Shown: positions 1-12,836 of the stretch, piece after piece
Position numbering within the stretch: the stretch's first letter is position 1
Layout of the letters: every line of letters begins with the position of its first letter
NCBI GenBank assembly: GCA_012026655.1
Contig: JAAILG010001652.1
Location: 1-63,587, forward strand
Length of the DNA stretch: 63,587 nt
Origin: Hydrolagus affinis
Taxonomy: Eukaryota
Direction of reading: 5' to 3'
The notes under the pieces: model-generated
Database searches by the model: none
The model's input: only the letters and a program-made list of their open reading frames with translations
Told to the model about the DNA's origin: nothing
Position numbers and translations under genes: made by a program

Positions 1-170
1 GTCTTCACATCCTTTCTGTAGTGTGGTGACCAGAATTGAACACAGTATTCCAGCTGAGGCCTCACCAATGTTTTGTAGAGGTTAGTCAGCACTTCCTGAC
101 TTTTGTATTCTATACCCCTATTTATAAAGCCTAGTATCCCATATGCCTTCTTAACAGCCTTGTCTACCTG
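1..170 (-). mobile_element. CR1-clade LINE ORF2 fragment (runs off window start)
   Basis: Minus strand reads QVDKAVKKAYGILGFINRGIEYKSQEVLTNLYKTLVRPQLEYCVQFWSPHYRKDVK, the hallmark CR1 post-RT motif. Confidence 0.92.
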
Positions 171-2151
171 TGTATGTCTTTTGTGTATGTTGCTCAGAAT
201 CCATGTTCATTAAAGTTTACGGTGTCAATGTGAGCCAAGCACAAGCATACAAATGAAATACTTTCCATTTTAGTCAACTAATCCTGCAATATTAGGGTAG
301 GAAAGGACTTCATTCTAATCCCTTCCAGAATTTCCTTGCAAGTGAAGCAAGGTAAAAATGATGGCTGAGAGTCACAATGAAAAGGGATTGGCGATGTAGT
401 TCTGCAAGTTAACCTTTTTTACTGCACCTGACAACAGCACCCAGGGAGTCAAGAAGTTCCCAACAAGCTCCATGTGTTTCCAGCGCAAACCATGTTATTA
501 TGAGACAGTTAGTCATAAAAACAAGGAAAACTTCATTTGAGAATTTCCCAAATGGAAAAAAAAGCCAAATGACCTAAAAATTATTTGATTGCCACTTTGC
601 CCAAATATGGAGATGGTTTTGTATTTAGTTAGATCAGTGAAAGCGCCAGTGGCTTTATGAAATACACCAAGTCTGAGTGTGTGGGAAGAATAACAGTTCA
701 ATAGTGAAACATCATAATAGAAACCATTTCACAGATATTTTACGTGCCAATTGATGAAAGCGCTGCATGTTTAGTGGGGGTCATTTGTTTTGGTTGAACA
801 AGCTGAGCCACATAGTCAGCTCTACGATAACAGTTGCTGCCTTTTCTTGATCTAATTCTGATTCTGCCCTGAGATCGTAGCGGCTCTGATGCAAAGCAAA
901 GAGATTCAGTGAAGCTGTGCCTCTCCCAGTCCACGTAATAGCTATTGGAGCCCCTATTAGTCCTATCTCTAGTCATGAAAAATGCATGAGCATTGCTTAA
1001 TTAATAATTTTTCATTTTTCATCCTGTAAATGAAATTGATTTCAGCTCGAGCTTAAATTTGCCAGCGTTTTGCTATTCTTGACCTGATAAATTAGCACAT
1101 GTTCTACAGATGCTGCTTTGTACAATTACACCTCAGCCCCACGTTTATCTGCAATCTAATGCATAGTAACAATATTTTGCTTCTGTTATTTTTCTTGTTT
1201 TTTTTACCAGCTCATTTTTCGGCTTCACCTCCCCTGTTACCACACATGTGGTTCTGCCTATGACCAGCTGGAAACCTGTTGCCCAATTCCTGACTGTTGC
1301 TCCCGGACTGGTTTAGTCAGAAGTGTCCCAAGAGCAACATGCGTTATTGCTTTGACTCATGCTTTGACTTTTCCCTCCCCTGCAGGAAGTACCTCACGTC
1401 TGCACAACTTGTGTGTGAGAATTCATATACTGTCCTCTTTAGTGTACTACTGTACTGAGATCCTGGGCGAAACTTATCAGCCACTTGAACAGACCCAAGT
1501 ATATACCTCCCCATCAATTTATACAGAGAGTAGATTGTTGAGCAATATTCCAAGTTTGGGGTCTGTATTCCAGCATTAATAGCTTTTGTTCCAATCTGTG
1601 AAACCACACCACTGGACCTTTTTGGTTACTGGTACTTTGCAATATAAGTTTAAAGATGCAGCTTTATTTGGAGGATTTCATTGAAAAACATGATCCTAAC
1701 ATCTGACAGTAGCCTGTTGTTATTTTCACTTTTCCCACACACTCATTCTTTCCTGGCACGCTCCCTTCCGAATGTGGCTGCGCTTTCGTCCCACAAGCAA
1801 GGCTTGTATTTACCAAGTTAGTTCAGTTGTGTGGATTGGCAGAGGTGTGGAAATCACAAGCCAGACTACTTCTCGCTCAGGCAGCATTAACTTGCCCTTT
1901 TTTTGTCAGGCAGTCATTTCTTGCTCAAAGAGAAGCGAGCAAATTGTAATATTTGCACTATTGTTCGGCAGAGATTAACATTTGCTATAAGACGTTGGCC
2001 AAATGTCTTGACTAGTTGTTCTTTATTGGTTTAGAAAATTTTTAATTTGGAGCAGCCTGGATAAGGTCAATGTGGCTCATTGGTCTTCATAATGTAGGAT
2101 TATATCATTGATGGATCATTAGACTACTGGTTGGCGGGCTATCGGTTTGAG

Positions 2152-2605
2152 TTACAACAATATGTACTTATATAAAGCCTTTCACTAGGGAGAACATCTC
2201 AGAGTGTTTCACAAAGTGAAGTGGGAGTCCAAGGTGGGAGGGAAACAGGATTAGAGGGAATGTGGTTGAAGCTACGGTCAAAGTACTGAGTCTTTAGACA
2301 GGTTTTACAAGCAGAGAGAGGGGACATAGTGCAGAGATTTTGGAAGGAAGTGTTAGACAGTGGGAGCAAAATGCCTGAAGGCTCACCTGCTGATGGAAGG
2401 ACAAAGCAGACAGGACATGAAGGTGACCTGAATTGGCGGAGTGAAGGGAATGCCTGGAGAATTAGAGTCACAGGAGATGTCAGAAATAAGATGAGAGAAG
2501 TGCACGGAAGCACATAAAGCCAAAGGCGAGATTTTCAAGTTGATCTGCTAGGGGATAGGGAGCTAGTAGAACCAGGCAAGGATATGGGTGTTGGGCTCAC
2601 AGAGC
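2152..2605 (-). mobile_element. L2 LINE 3' fragment, decayed
   Basis: (CAA)n tail and terminal motif shared with other L2 copies; ORF-track remnant LKTQYFD resembles the L2 C-terminal LKT.LF. Confidence 0.7.
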
Positions 2606-2611
2606 CTAATG

Positions 2612-2680
2612 CCAGTTGGTAGCACTCTCACCTCTGAATCAGAAAGTTGTGGGTAGAAGCCTCACATCGGGACTTTGAAC
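2612..2680 (+). mobile_element. Deu-domain SINE, tRNA-derived head only
   Basis: CAGTTGGTAGCACTCTCACCTCTGAATCAGAAAGTTGTGGG matches heads of the longer copies (e.g. 39217). Confidence 0.65.
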
Positions 2681-2975
2681 CCACTGCTAGTGTTGGAGTG
2701 TTAGGAACTGTCTTTAGCACATTGATAGGATGAGTCTAGTTTGCTTCAATATAGTTTGCCTCAATTTGTATTGTTAATGATGTCACTCTGAGGAAGAGTT
2801 CAGTAAAAACCTGATAAATTCTCACAGGGAATAATGCTTTCCAGCAGAGTAAAACTTATTCAACAAATGAACAAAACATGATGTTTGCATCTAAATAGCA
2901 TTTAGTGCAGGAGTACATGCAGAGGCTAGCATTGCTTGCAGTATTATGTTTCATTAAGGTCTAACACAGGTATAA

Positions 2976-3278
2976 GTCCTGTAGCTCCGTGGTTAGCACC
3001 TCGCACTCGCCTTGCAAGCGAGAGACCTGGATTCAATGCAAAGAAGTGCGAAACCTTAGGCAAATTTCCTTACTCCACATGCCTAATAATAATGGCTAAA
3101 ACAAAACTTGGTCATTTCAATCCACGACTGTTTGTGGGATACTGCTGTGTGCAATTGGCTGCCACATTTCAACCACATATATGGTCAATTCACTTTACAG
3201 CAGTAAAATGTGAAGTGCTTTGAGACGTGTAGAAGATGTGAAAAGTGCTATATTAAATGCAAGGATTATTATTATTAT
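2976..3278 (+). mobile_element. tRNA-derived SINE, short form
   Basis: A-box-like TAGCTCCGTGGTTAG, anticodon arm CTCGC-CTTGCAA-GCGAG, shared body CAATCCACGACTGTTTGTGGGA, tail AAATGCAAGG(ATT)n; many copies in window. Confidence 0.9.
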
Positions 3279-3982
3279 AAAGCAAAAATCCCTTTCTAGG
3301 TCCTTCACCTACAGGAATTCAAGATAGAACTTCTACAATACTAATAAGTATTTATTTGCTTGGTATGACATATTTGTAAGAAATATTAATGCCATAATAA
3401 ACGATCACATAAAATAAGAGGGAAATGAATAGTGGTTTATGCATGTGTGTGGATGTTTTGACGAGGTACGTTCATTTCTGCAGTGCATTGGAGGAGCTTC
3501 AGTCTGGCAAGCTTGTTTGCAGGTATGTGTTTTTGTACTTCTATTTCAATTCTGACCTAGTATTTTACCACTGTTTGTGCAGCACAGGTTGTGAAATGTT
3601 GTGTACCCAGTAGGTGCTGAGCTGCTTATTGACACAGAGAAAGATTTTAGCCTTCCTGCTGATTGATTTAGTCTTATTGAGAATGGATCAGACTCCATTG
3701 TTACATTGCTTGAGAAGTGGTTGCCAGGAGGGAGCTCAAGGCAGGCCAACACCTGGAAAAATAGTGATTGTGGGTTCAGTAGTAAGTTGGGGTTTCAGGC
3801 AGCAAAGAGAGTGAGTGAGAGAATAGTTTATTCTTCAGTAGTAGTTAGAAGAATGTGATCTGGCTATGGGCAGTGATAAACATAAGGAAAACGGGTTTCA
3901 TGACAGATTCATTGTACTAATTAGAATATCTAATCTGTTCAGAAGCAGTGCAACAGAAGGTGAGGTGGGGCAATCATTCTCA

Positions 3983-4137
3983 ACCCCCCTCCCCCCCACA
4001 CACTCCACCCCTCTTCTTTCTCCACCCCTCTTCCTTCTCCACCCCACCTTCCTCCTCTCCCCACCACCCATGTTTTTTCTCCCCTACTTGCTTCTCCCCC
4101 CAACCCCAATCCCTCTCCCACCCCTTCCGTCTCCCAC
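3983..4137. repeat. C-rich polypyrimidine low-complexity tract
   Basis: Many C3-C7 runs; explains the Pro/Leu- and Gly-rich spurious ORFs here. Confidence 0.85.
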
Positions 4138-5309
4138 ATTATCACGTCCTGAAAATTTCCAAGCTTCCTCTCACCAAGAATTGCTTAACCAATCTTTTCA
4201 AGCTGTTTCAGATGAATCAGTGTTTAAATTCTGTCTCTGGAGGCAATAAATGTGTTCTTGTTCCATCAACCAAGGTAATGGGCAAAGAGCCTTTGCACCA
4301 AAACTATTGTACCACAGTTGGGTGGGGATTTGGGAGATAAGGGGATTGTTTACAAACAAAGCCAGTCAATAATTATCAACTAAAATTCTACAGTATGTTT
4401 GAGCACACAATGTGGAGAAGGTAAAATTACTTGACATCATAGTTGCAGTTCATTAGTACAATACTTTAACGAGTGTACATATCTGCTGCATGCTTTATGA
4501 ATTGATTTCTAACTCCCTGCTTTGAACAGTTTAGCTAATGACATTTGTGGACATGTAGGAGTAAAAAAACAAATGATCAACCACCAAGATACACAAATCG
4601 CACTGTTTCTAATTCATTCAATAGCACTTTCACATTATGAATGGGAAAGGTGATTGTGTTCGAGTGGAAAGGGTCAGTGTGACACACATCTGGTTACCAG
4701 CAGGCTTTTATGTTTGCAAATCCTGTTGTGAATACTTGAGTTTTTGACCCACATATAGAACAATAGGCATTCGAAGGATGTATCAAGTCTAGCTGTGAGA
4801 GAGCTATTAAAGGATTACAAGATCATATGATTCACAGAGATTTAAGGAAACAGCTTTGTGGTATCCCACAATGTTTTATTAAGTAAATTTATAAAGGATA
4901 TTCATGATTAGTTCAAGGAATATTTAATCGATATTGTACGATATTGCTTCAAGTGCAACAAGAAAGCGTATTACATTTTTGACTTTCTCCCACTTTGTTT
5001 GCCTTTAGCAAAAGTTCTATTATTATTTTAACTTAGCTGTGTTTGAAGGGTTTGCTTTATGGTGTGCGAAAGGTCTTTCACACATTTCCTAATAGAAATT
5101 GCTGCATATCAGACCCTGTGTAACATTCTGAGGACATTTGCAAACCTACAGCGGTTTTCAAATAGTACAGTAGTTTTTTTCATAACCCATCAAGAAAAAG
5201 CTTTGTGACATGAATATCTTGTCGTGTTGCAGCAGGGATCTAAAACGGGGAAGTCTGATTTTCAAGCATGCACATTTTTGTTAAACAAACATTGTATGCT
5301 TTTGCTATC

Positions 5310-5450
5310 ACTCACAGAATTGGGTGGCCAAAGGCACTATCAAGGAGGACAGTCTTGAAGGAGGCAAGAGAGGGGGGGGTGACGTGGAGGGATTGTGGGA
5401 TAGAGCTCCAGAATGTGGGGGCAGAGCTGCTGAATGCCCGACTGCCAATA
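5310..5450 (-). mobile_element. L2 LINE 3' fragment
   Basis: ORF 5312..5563 contains GSRAFSSSAPTFWSSIPQSL..SLASFKTVLLD, the L2 C-terminal motif. Confidence 0.85.
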
Positions 5451-5713
5451 AGGCATACTATCATGGAATTCAATTTGTCCCAAAAGAAAGTAACTTTGTT
5501 TTTAAAAATGTCATTGTCACTTATGAGTGTTGCTTGTGAATGACAAGAACAATTGACATTCACTTTGATTGCCCACGTTAAGGGCAGTGCCTCTTTAAAT
5601 TACCTCCCAAAACTAAGTTTACTGCAGGTGAAGCAGGCAGAACAATTGCACTGAGGATTGACTGATTCAGATAATTCAATTTGCATCACACATTCCACAA
5701 TTTATAATAAATA

Positions 5714-6010
5714 CCAACAAGTGGTATTCGTATAGCGCTCTTCATGCGGGGCAGTGTCTCGGAACACTTTGCAGTGGCGGGGACTGAGGCCAAGCCAGGG
5801 GGAGGGACCATAAGCATGGTCAAAGAGGAAGGTCTTCAGTCGTGTTCTAAAAGAGGGGTAAGAGTGGCATTATAGAGGGATTGAGGGACAGGGTTCTAAA
5901 GCTGAAGCCATGGCAGCTGAAGTTAAGCCTAAAGCCAGATGAATGGTGGCAAAGGGTAGTAGAATGGGGAGGAAGCAGGTCAGAAAGATAGGGAGGTGCA
6001 GCGCATGAAG
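5714..6010 (-). mobile_element. L2 LINE 3' fragment
   Basis: Tail CAACAAGT..TATAGCGC plus similarity to 8683-9300 and 47860-48120. Confidence 0.7.
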
Positions 6011-7039
6011 TGATTTGTAGATGAGTGAGAGGATCGCAAAATCAATTTGTTGTGGATATACAGGCGGCGGAGTTTACTGGCTGGTTTGAGGTTAATTCTT
6101 CCTGAGAACTCAATGTTCAGAGGGAGAACTGATCTAAAATGTTTTTTGTGTAATTGGTCCATATGTGTTCTTTAACAAGCATTATGTTCTGTAACCACAC
6201 ACTGACTGTCACAGAGGCAGACATCCCAGCTGAGGGATGGCGACACTTCTGCCTCCCAGTCATAGTTGGAAAGTAGTAATCCTAGACACATCTGTCTGAA
6301 AGTGAAAAGTCTCTTGCGAAACACTTGGAGAAAATATCTGGAATAACAAAAAGAGTTATGGAAATGCCTGTGGGTGACTGGAGTAAGAGAAACCCTGGTT
6401 CTTCAGAAGGTTTGAGGTCATATAATGGCAACCCTGTTACTCAATGGATGCCAGACTATGAGTAATTATTTTCCAGTGTAATTTGGACAGGTTTGCTGAG
6501 GTTGCATGTGCAGTTCTCTTCAGTGAGCAGTGCTCAACACAAATCGCTGCCCACTACCTTTGATGCATCTCATTACAAACAGAGAAGTAACAGTGTTTGG
6601 CTGGAAAACAGCCACACTGTGACATAATAATCATTGCCCGAGGCTGATATTAATGAAGTTACCATTGTTTGTTACTCCATAACGCAAGCAACTTAATTTA
6701 TCGGCCCAAGGGAGAGGGGCCAGGAAATTGTGAAAAGGGTACTGGATAAGCACCTGGGAAGTAAACAATTAAACACAAACAGGGAAAGAGCTGGAAAGTG
6801 AGGTTTAAAACAAAATGACTTGAAAAGAGGGGAGGCGATGTTGATATAGACATGAAAGGCTGAGTGGTCTCCCTCTGGACTGAATTTTTTTTCTATCCAG
6901 TAAGATTATGCTCAGTTGGACTGGACTTAGTTTAACATCTCAATAAGTTTCACCAAAGATTTATATGTGCCAACATCTAGTTTACCCTTGCTGTCCCCTT
7001 TTAAAATGGCAAAGATGGGGATTAAAGTATAGAACTCAC

Positions 7040-7107
7040 AAACACACTGTCACGTAGTGTCACAAAAACACTGTCATGTGAAATCACAAAGCACATTGTC
7101 ACATAGC
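7040..7107. repeat. Degenerate ~26-bp tandem repeat, about 3 units
   Basis: ACAAACACACTGTCAC / ACAAAAACACTGTCAT / ACAAAGCACATTGTCAC. Confidence 0.6.
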
Positions 7108-7360
7108 TAACATACATTGGTTACAGAGTATGTCTACTTTTCTCAGCTATGTTTTTTTGGTGTGGACTATGGAAAGACTAGTTTACACTGTAGCCATTAT
7201 TCTGGAACAAATACTAACAAGGAATAGCCTCTCAAGAATTCTTTACCCAGAGGATAATTAATGACTGGATCACGTTGAAAAACCATCTTGATGTTGTGAT
7301 TAAATTATTTCAATTATTATTTTTATTAAGTGATTAAATTATTATTATGTAAACCCTTAA

Positions 7361-7428
7361 CTGTTCAGTGCCTTAGGATGCCCTCCCAACATGAAAGGTG
7401 CTATACAAATGTAATTTATTGTTGTTGT
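7361..7428 (+). mobile_element. Minimal L2 3' tail
   Basis: CTGTTCAGTGCCTTAGGATGCCCTCCCAACATGAAAGGTGCTATACAAATGTAATTTA(TTG)n. Confidence 0.8.
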
Positions 7429-8425
7429 CATGGTTGGATACAATGGTGAAAGGATGAGATTGATGGGTCAAATGGCTTTCTTCATTCAAACTAATCTTAT
7501 CAAATAGTGACTATAGTGTAAATAAACAATTTTCCTTAACAACTTATACCTATAGAGGCTTTCATGTACAAAACGTTTGAGTCCAGGCACAGGGATAGAA
7601 AGAAAGTGTCCAAAAGCAGTTGAGTTAAGAGGTTTTTAGAAGGATTTGGAATCCGAGAGGGAGGAAACCAGGTGGAGTGATTTAGGAAGAGAGTTCCAGG
7701 GAGTACAGTGGCTGAAAGTTTGCCCACTGATGTTGAAGCAGAGAAGGTGAAGCTGATCTGAATTAACAGAGCAGAGGGAGTGTGTGGACAGGATCTACTT
7801 CCTTCCATACCTAAAGGGAAAACAATTTTTTTGTATGTTTAATCCAACATTCAGTGCTTTCTGATTTTAAACAAATAATATTGTACTGTACTTCATGTGA
7901 AGTAGACATTGATTATTACAATATTTTATACAATCCCTCATATAAGCTTTCATACAATTGTTCATACTTCAAACCATTATCTTCCTTTGAGTAGGAAGAT
8001 AACAGTTTTAAGTTCACATTGAGATCTTGAGGACACTCCAATGCAAAGCTGGCTATATTAAGTTTAAAACTGAATATACCATTGTTCTATTTTAATATAT
8101 AACATTATTAAAGTCACCCCAGTGATATCACTTCTCAATTCTCTAATATTATTACTTCCCCCTTTTGCAATATTTCCCAAATCAGCTTCTTTCAGAAAGA
8201 GCTCAACAAATTTTATATAAAAAATGCCATTGCACATATTTCCATGATTTAATTATTTTATTATTAGTTTACAATAACCTAATACATTTGGAAATAAACC
8301 CATTCTTGAAACCAATCGGTGCTGCATCACAAAAGCTCCATGTCACAGACATTCATCTGGAACAAAAGTTGACTCTCATGAGATTTACTTAGGTAAGCTC
8401 CAAATCTGTATCTTGCCTCAGTATT

Positions 8426-8606
8426 GCCTGGCTCAGTAGGACTCTTGTGTCTGAGTAGAAATATGGTGGTTTTAAGCTCACATTGGGATCTTGAGGTCAT
8501 TGTCCAAACTGACACTCCAATGTAAAGCTGGTGGAGTGTTGCATTGTCAAAGATGCCATCAGTTAGATGTGCCATTAAACTCAGTCCTGTCTGCTTGTTC
8601 AGGTGA
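8426..8606 (+). mobile_element. Deu-domain SINE 5' part
   Basis: Head GGCTCAGTAGG then CTGACACTCCAATG..GTCAAAGATGCCATC..GTCTGCTTGTTCAGGTG. Confidence 0.7.
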
Positions 8607-8682
8607 TGATTTTTATTTATTATTATCATTAATAAGCTCCCATAGCAATATACGAAAAGTAAAGGGAGTTATATCCCAGTGT

Positions 8683-9300
8683 CAACAACAAGAACAACTT
8701 TCATTTATATAGTGCCGGGGTAGCATCCCACAGCACTTGACAGTGGCCACAGCACTTGACAGTGGCAGAGTCTGACATCGAGCCAGTGGAAGAGGGATGG
8801 GGAAGATGACCATAAGTATGATCAAAAATGAAAATAGGTGGGAATTGAAGAGGGAGAGGTCAAGGCAGAGGGATTGAGGGAAAGAGTTCAGAGTTTCGGG
8901 GAGTGGTGACTGAAGGCACGGCCACTGATGGTGGAGCGGAAGGAACAAGGGACAAACAGGTAGCTGGACGAGCAGAGGAAGCAGGTGGTGGAGTGGAGGG
9001 TAAGCAGGTTGGATAAGTAAGGGAGACAAAAGGGCATGAAGAGATTTGAAAGCAAGTGAAAGGATCTTGAAATTGATTTGTTCTGTAATTGGGTGCCAGT
9101 GGAGCCTGGCAAGGACTGGTGTGATGGGGGTACCGGGGCTACCGAGACTGGTGTGATGCGGGTACGGCTGAGTATCTGGCCGGTGGAGTTTTGAATTAAT
9201 TGTAATTTGTGTATGATGGAGGTGGGGAGACCAGTGAGGAGGACACTAGAAAAGTCCAGCCAGGAAGTGTCAAAGGTATGGATGAAGGTTTGGGCTGTGT
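8683..9300 (-). mobile_element. L2 LINE 3' fragment with 19-bp internal tandem duplication (8728-8765)
   Basis: ORF 8888..9346: SWLDFSSVLLTGLPTSIIHKLQLIQNSTGQILSRTRITPV...GRAFSHHSPKL; (CAA)n tail at 8683. Confidence 0.9.
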
Positions 9301-11039
9301 TGGATAATTTTATCTGGTTTCTCCAGATAAAAAAATGATCATTCATTTCCTGACTATTTTGTGAAAATTTACAACATTTACCATAAATGTTCAGTCACTG
9401 CACTTTCCCCAAAAAAACTGTGAAATGCTTTGAGAAGTTTTGACATGATACATTGAATGCAATATTATTATATAGTACAAAGACACTGATTCTTATTTTT
9501 AGTTTCTAAGGTTAATTGTCTTGATCAATCCATATTACATTATATCCTGTGAGATGTCTCAATGACACGATAAAGTGCTACATCAAATTGGAAGGATCAT
9601 CATTATTATTCAAAGATCATAGTTAAAGTTTATAAAGATAGCAATTTTACAGACATATTTTCTCATTACTAATTCATGATTTGATTCTACCTGTTTTATT
9701 TACTGCCAGTGTATACAAAATCCTCTAGAAATTTATTTTACTTTAAACATTGCATGTTCCTGAATTGTTATGATACAACATCAAGACAGTGCGCAATGAT
9801 ACAGAGAGACAGTATGCAAAATTGTGATTCTTTTGATGCTGAATCAACATAAGCATGCTCTCTTAACAACCTGGTGATGAGGTTCCATCATGCACTGACT
9901 CACTCACTGTTTCAGGTTGTGAAGATCTTGTTTCTATTACTTTGGTGATAGTTCAAGTATGTAAATGCACCATTGGATGTGCTGAACATATAGGGTTAAC
10001 ACACAACCCTAACATAATACTGTACACTATTTGAGGTCCAACACATGGAACCATATTGGCTGCTGCAATGCACTTGTTTTGGATCATGCATACAAGATGT
10101 GCGGCTGTTGCCATTTCCTGCGCCTATGTGATGGTTACCCAAGCTAAACCTTGGATGCATTGGGTCATCAAGTTATCAGCAATGTCACCACCTGCTCTTG
10201 TGCATGTGCACCATGCACAAGTTCTTCTTACAGATTTAATGCATGTACATCACCCAGGAAATTGTGTTGAGATTAATTGATGGTCTGAACACCAGCCAAC
10301 CACAGGTCTACAGACACTCACATAGTACAGTACTATGGTGTGGGAGGGTTCCAAGCTCAATGGCTGGTCTTTGTTGAATTAGGAGATAACACTCAAACCA
10401 TTAATATTATTATTATAATTGGTTTTATTGACCCTGGAGAAGGCTCCTTAAGGCACTTCTCAAAAAGAGATTGTTGTTCTGGCCTACAATCTCCAAATAA
10501 CATTGGGTATTCACTTCATGTCTAGTTTGGGACATTGATGTGTACAAAATTGGCTGCTGTGTTCCCCCAAAAATCCACAGTCACTACACTTTACAGTAAC
10601 ATCTTGTGAAGCTCTTTGAGACACGTAATGTTGCAAATATAAGGATTATTATTATTATTATTTACTGATGGGATTGATTGTAAATGGCCTGTGGAGTTTA
10701 TCTGGATATATTTCTCATTCAATGTCACCTTATCTGAATGTGAACATTGACATTATCAGTTTGCTTGATTGTCTTCACCTCTATCAGTGGTGCTTCATAT
10801 AAAGGGATCTCAGTAATCATGGAAAGTACCTGACAGAATGAAATGAAATGTAAAAATTATACACTAAACAGCAAGTTGAAACAAAGGGGATACTATTAGA
10901 ATTGAGTAAACATTATTCTGTTTATTTCCGATAATTCACAGCTTCTAAATTAATCACACCCTTCTGCTATCTTTTAGATTTATATTGAGTTTTATACTAA
11001 TACATTGTAGTTGAAATAGTTTCTCAATCGCCTGGGTAT

Positions 11040-11260
11040 CTGACACATGTGGAAATCCATTACTATGCTTTTGAGTGACCAAATCAGATGGAGTTACACA
11101 TATGTATGCCACCTATTCATGGGCATTGCCCTATGTCTGGAATGGAATGGCAGGGCTGTGAAGGTTTACATCTGTCACTGCAGCAGGATCAACTGGCATC
11201 TAGCCAACAGCAGAAGATGGCCAGCTTCCAAGACCTTGTGCAAAAGAACTTAGAAAACCT
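11040..11260 (+). mobile_element. Possible RTE LINE 3' ORF remnant
   Basis: Weak resemblance of QLASSQQQKMASFQDLVQKNL to the RTE ELA.G.R..GRP..RFKD..KRDL motif. Confidence 0.3.
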
Positions 11261-12761
11261 CCTTAATGCTGGAAAAATGAACAAGGTTCCAGTAATCTTT
11301 GACGCACTATAAACTAAAACCATTTTATCAGCAAAAGGAACAGACTAGGTCAGTGGTATCAGTGCAACTTCTCTGTGAGGTTGACAGGGGTGATGGACAG
11401 TAATGATTTGAAGATGTTCATTATTTTTAAATAGAAGATTGGAAATTTTCCTTCAGCTTTGTTAAGTGCAATGGACAGGATAGGATAAGTGTAGATCTGC
11501 TGGTGGAGTAAGTTCAAGGAGGCCTGTCATCTGCACAGATGAGGATTGTTAAATCCCACAGCTCTCTTAGCAATGGAAGGCCACAAAATAGATAGTGTTA
11601 AAACTGTCTTCAGCTTCTAGATAGCACAGGCTATTCAGAGTTAGTACTGCAGTAAGAAGCTGGAAGATGTCTGAAGGTCTTCTTGTCTTAATTGCAGATG
11701 GTAGAACAAAGAAGGCAGAAATCCTAATAATAATCATCCCTGCATTGATATAGCCCCTTATCACATCTTCAGGACCTCTCAAGGCACTTCATAGAATATG
11801 CTGTAAAGTGTAGTGACTGATTTGTGGCTGAATATGATTGGTTTGTGTTTACAACCTTGAACATTAACCTTCCATGTAAAAGATTCAGAAAGACTGGAAT
11901 CAGACAATACACCGGATACTCCTCAGAATACTCCTCTGTGCAGCGTAGAAACTTCCACTTCCTCTAAGGACATTTTATTATATATTGGGTACCAACAATA
12001 ACAACAACTTAGATTTATATAGTGCCCTCCACGGCATCTCTTATTATTATAGACTATTTGCAATAATGCCTAATGGGACTCTTTAGTGAGATGAAGAATC
12101 CCATTCGAATTTCTATTGACATTAGGACCTCAAGTCAACAGTTACATTGTACATGTATTGGAGTAAAGTTTCCATTAGTTATATTGACATGCATCCGATT
12201 AAAGTTCACCTACAAAATATACAATCACTACACTTTACAATCCCGTGAAGCGCTTAGAACATGACGGATGCTATATGCACCACAAGGAATATTATTATAG
12301 CCTCAGGATTTGATAAGTTTTAATCCTTAGTTTGAGACAAGTATCTTTTTAACACTTATGCGAAACAGTTGCAATGGCAGTCAGCATTCACAATGCAATA
12401 ATTATAGCCAGTAATAATTAACTCATCACAGTAGCAATTTTCACTATTTTTTTTGTATCTTCCAGATCTGCTCCCCATGTAATTAACTCCCAAGTTCTTT
12501 GTAAAGCTCCACAGTGAGGGACTGAAGGCGCATATACCCGAGATGTATTAAATTAAACTACCAGTGAATATTGTATTCAGAAGAGATTGGGAGTTTTGAA
12601 GCCTTATATTTTTGTGCAAATTTACTGTTCTTTCTTTTGCATTATAAATAGCTTGGTCTGTAGCTTGAGCTGGATGGAGGGTCTGAACACAGTTCTGAAT
12701 GATTACTGAAAACGGATTTGTTCAGTCAGATGCCAGGTTTTCATTTATATCTTGAGATATT

Positions 12762-12836
12762 ATAATGATAATCCTTGCATTTGATATAGTGCTTTTCATG
12801 TCTTCTGGACATCTCAAAGCGCTTCACAGAATATAC
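12762..12836 (-). mobile_element. tRNA-SINE 3' tail fragment
   Basis: ATAATCCTTGCATTTGATATAGTGCTTTTCATGTCTTCTGGACATCTCAAAGCGCTTCACAGAATATACT. Confidence 0.85.

Noticed and set aside
1344-1607. 87-aa minus ORF, possibly an old LINE relic
   Set aside because: No motif that I can assign with confidence.
2785-2815. CTGAGGAAGAG..AAAAC as a Penelope-type hammerhead ribozyme
   Set aside because: Core GAAA and stem II pairing are not present.
3866-4340. 127- and 130-aa ORFs
   Set aside because: Open only because of the C-rich low-complexity tract; no domain signal.
10030-10280. HTRCAAVA resembling the RHD.V motif of restriction-like-endonuclease LINEs
   Set aside because: Too short and degenerate to support.
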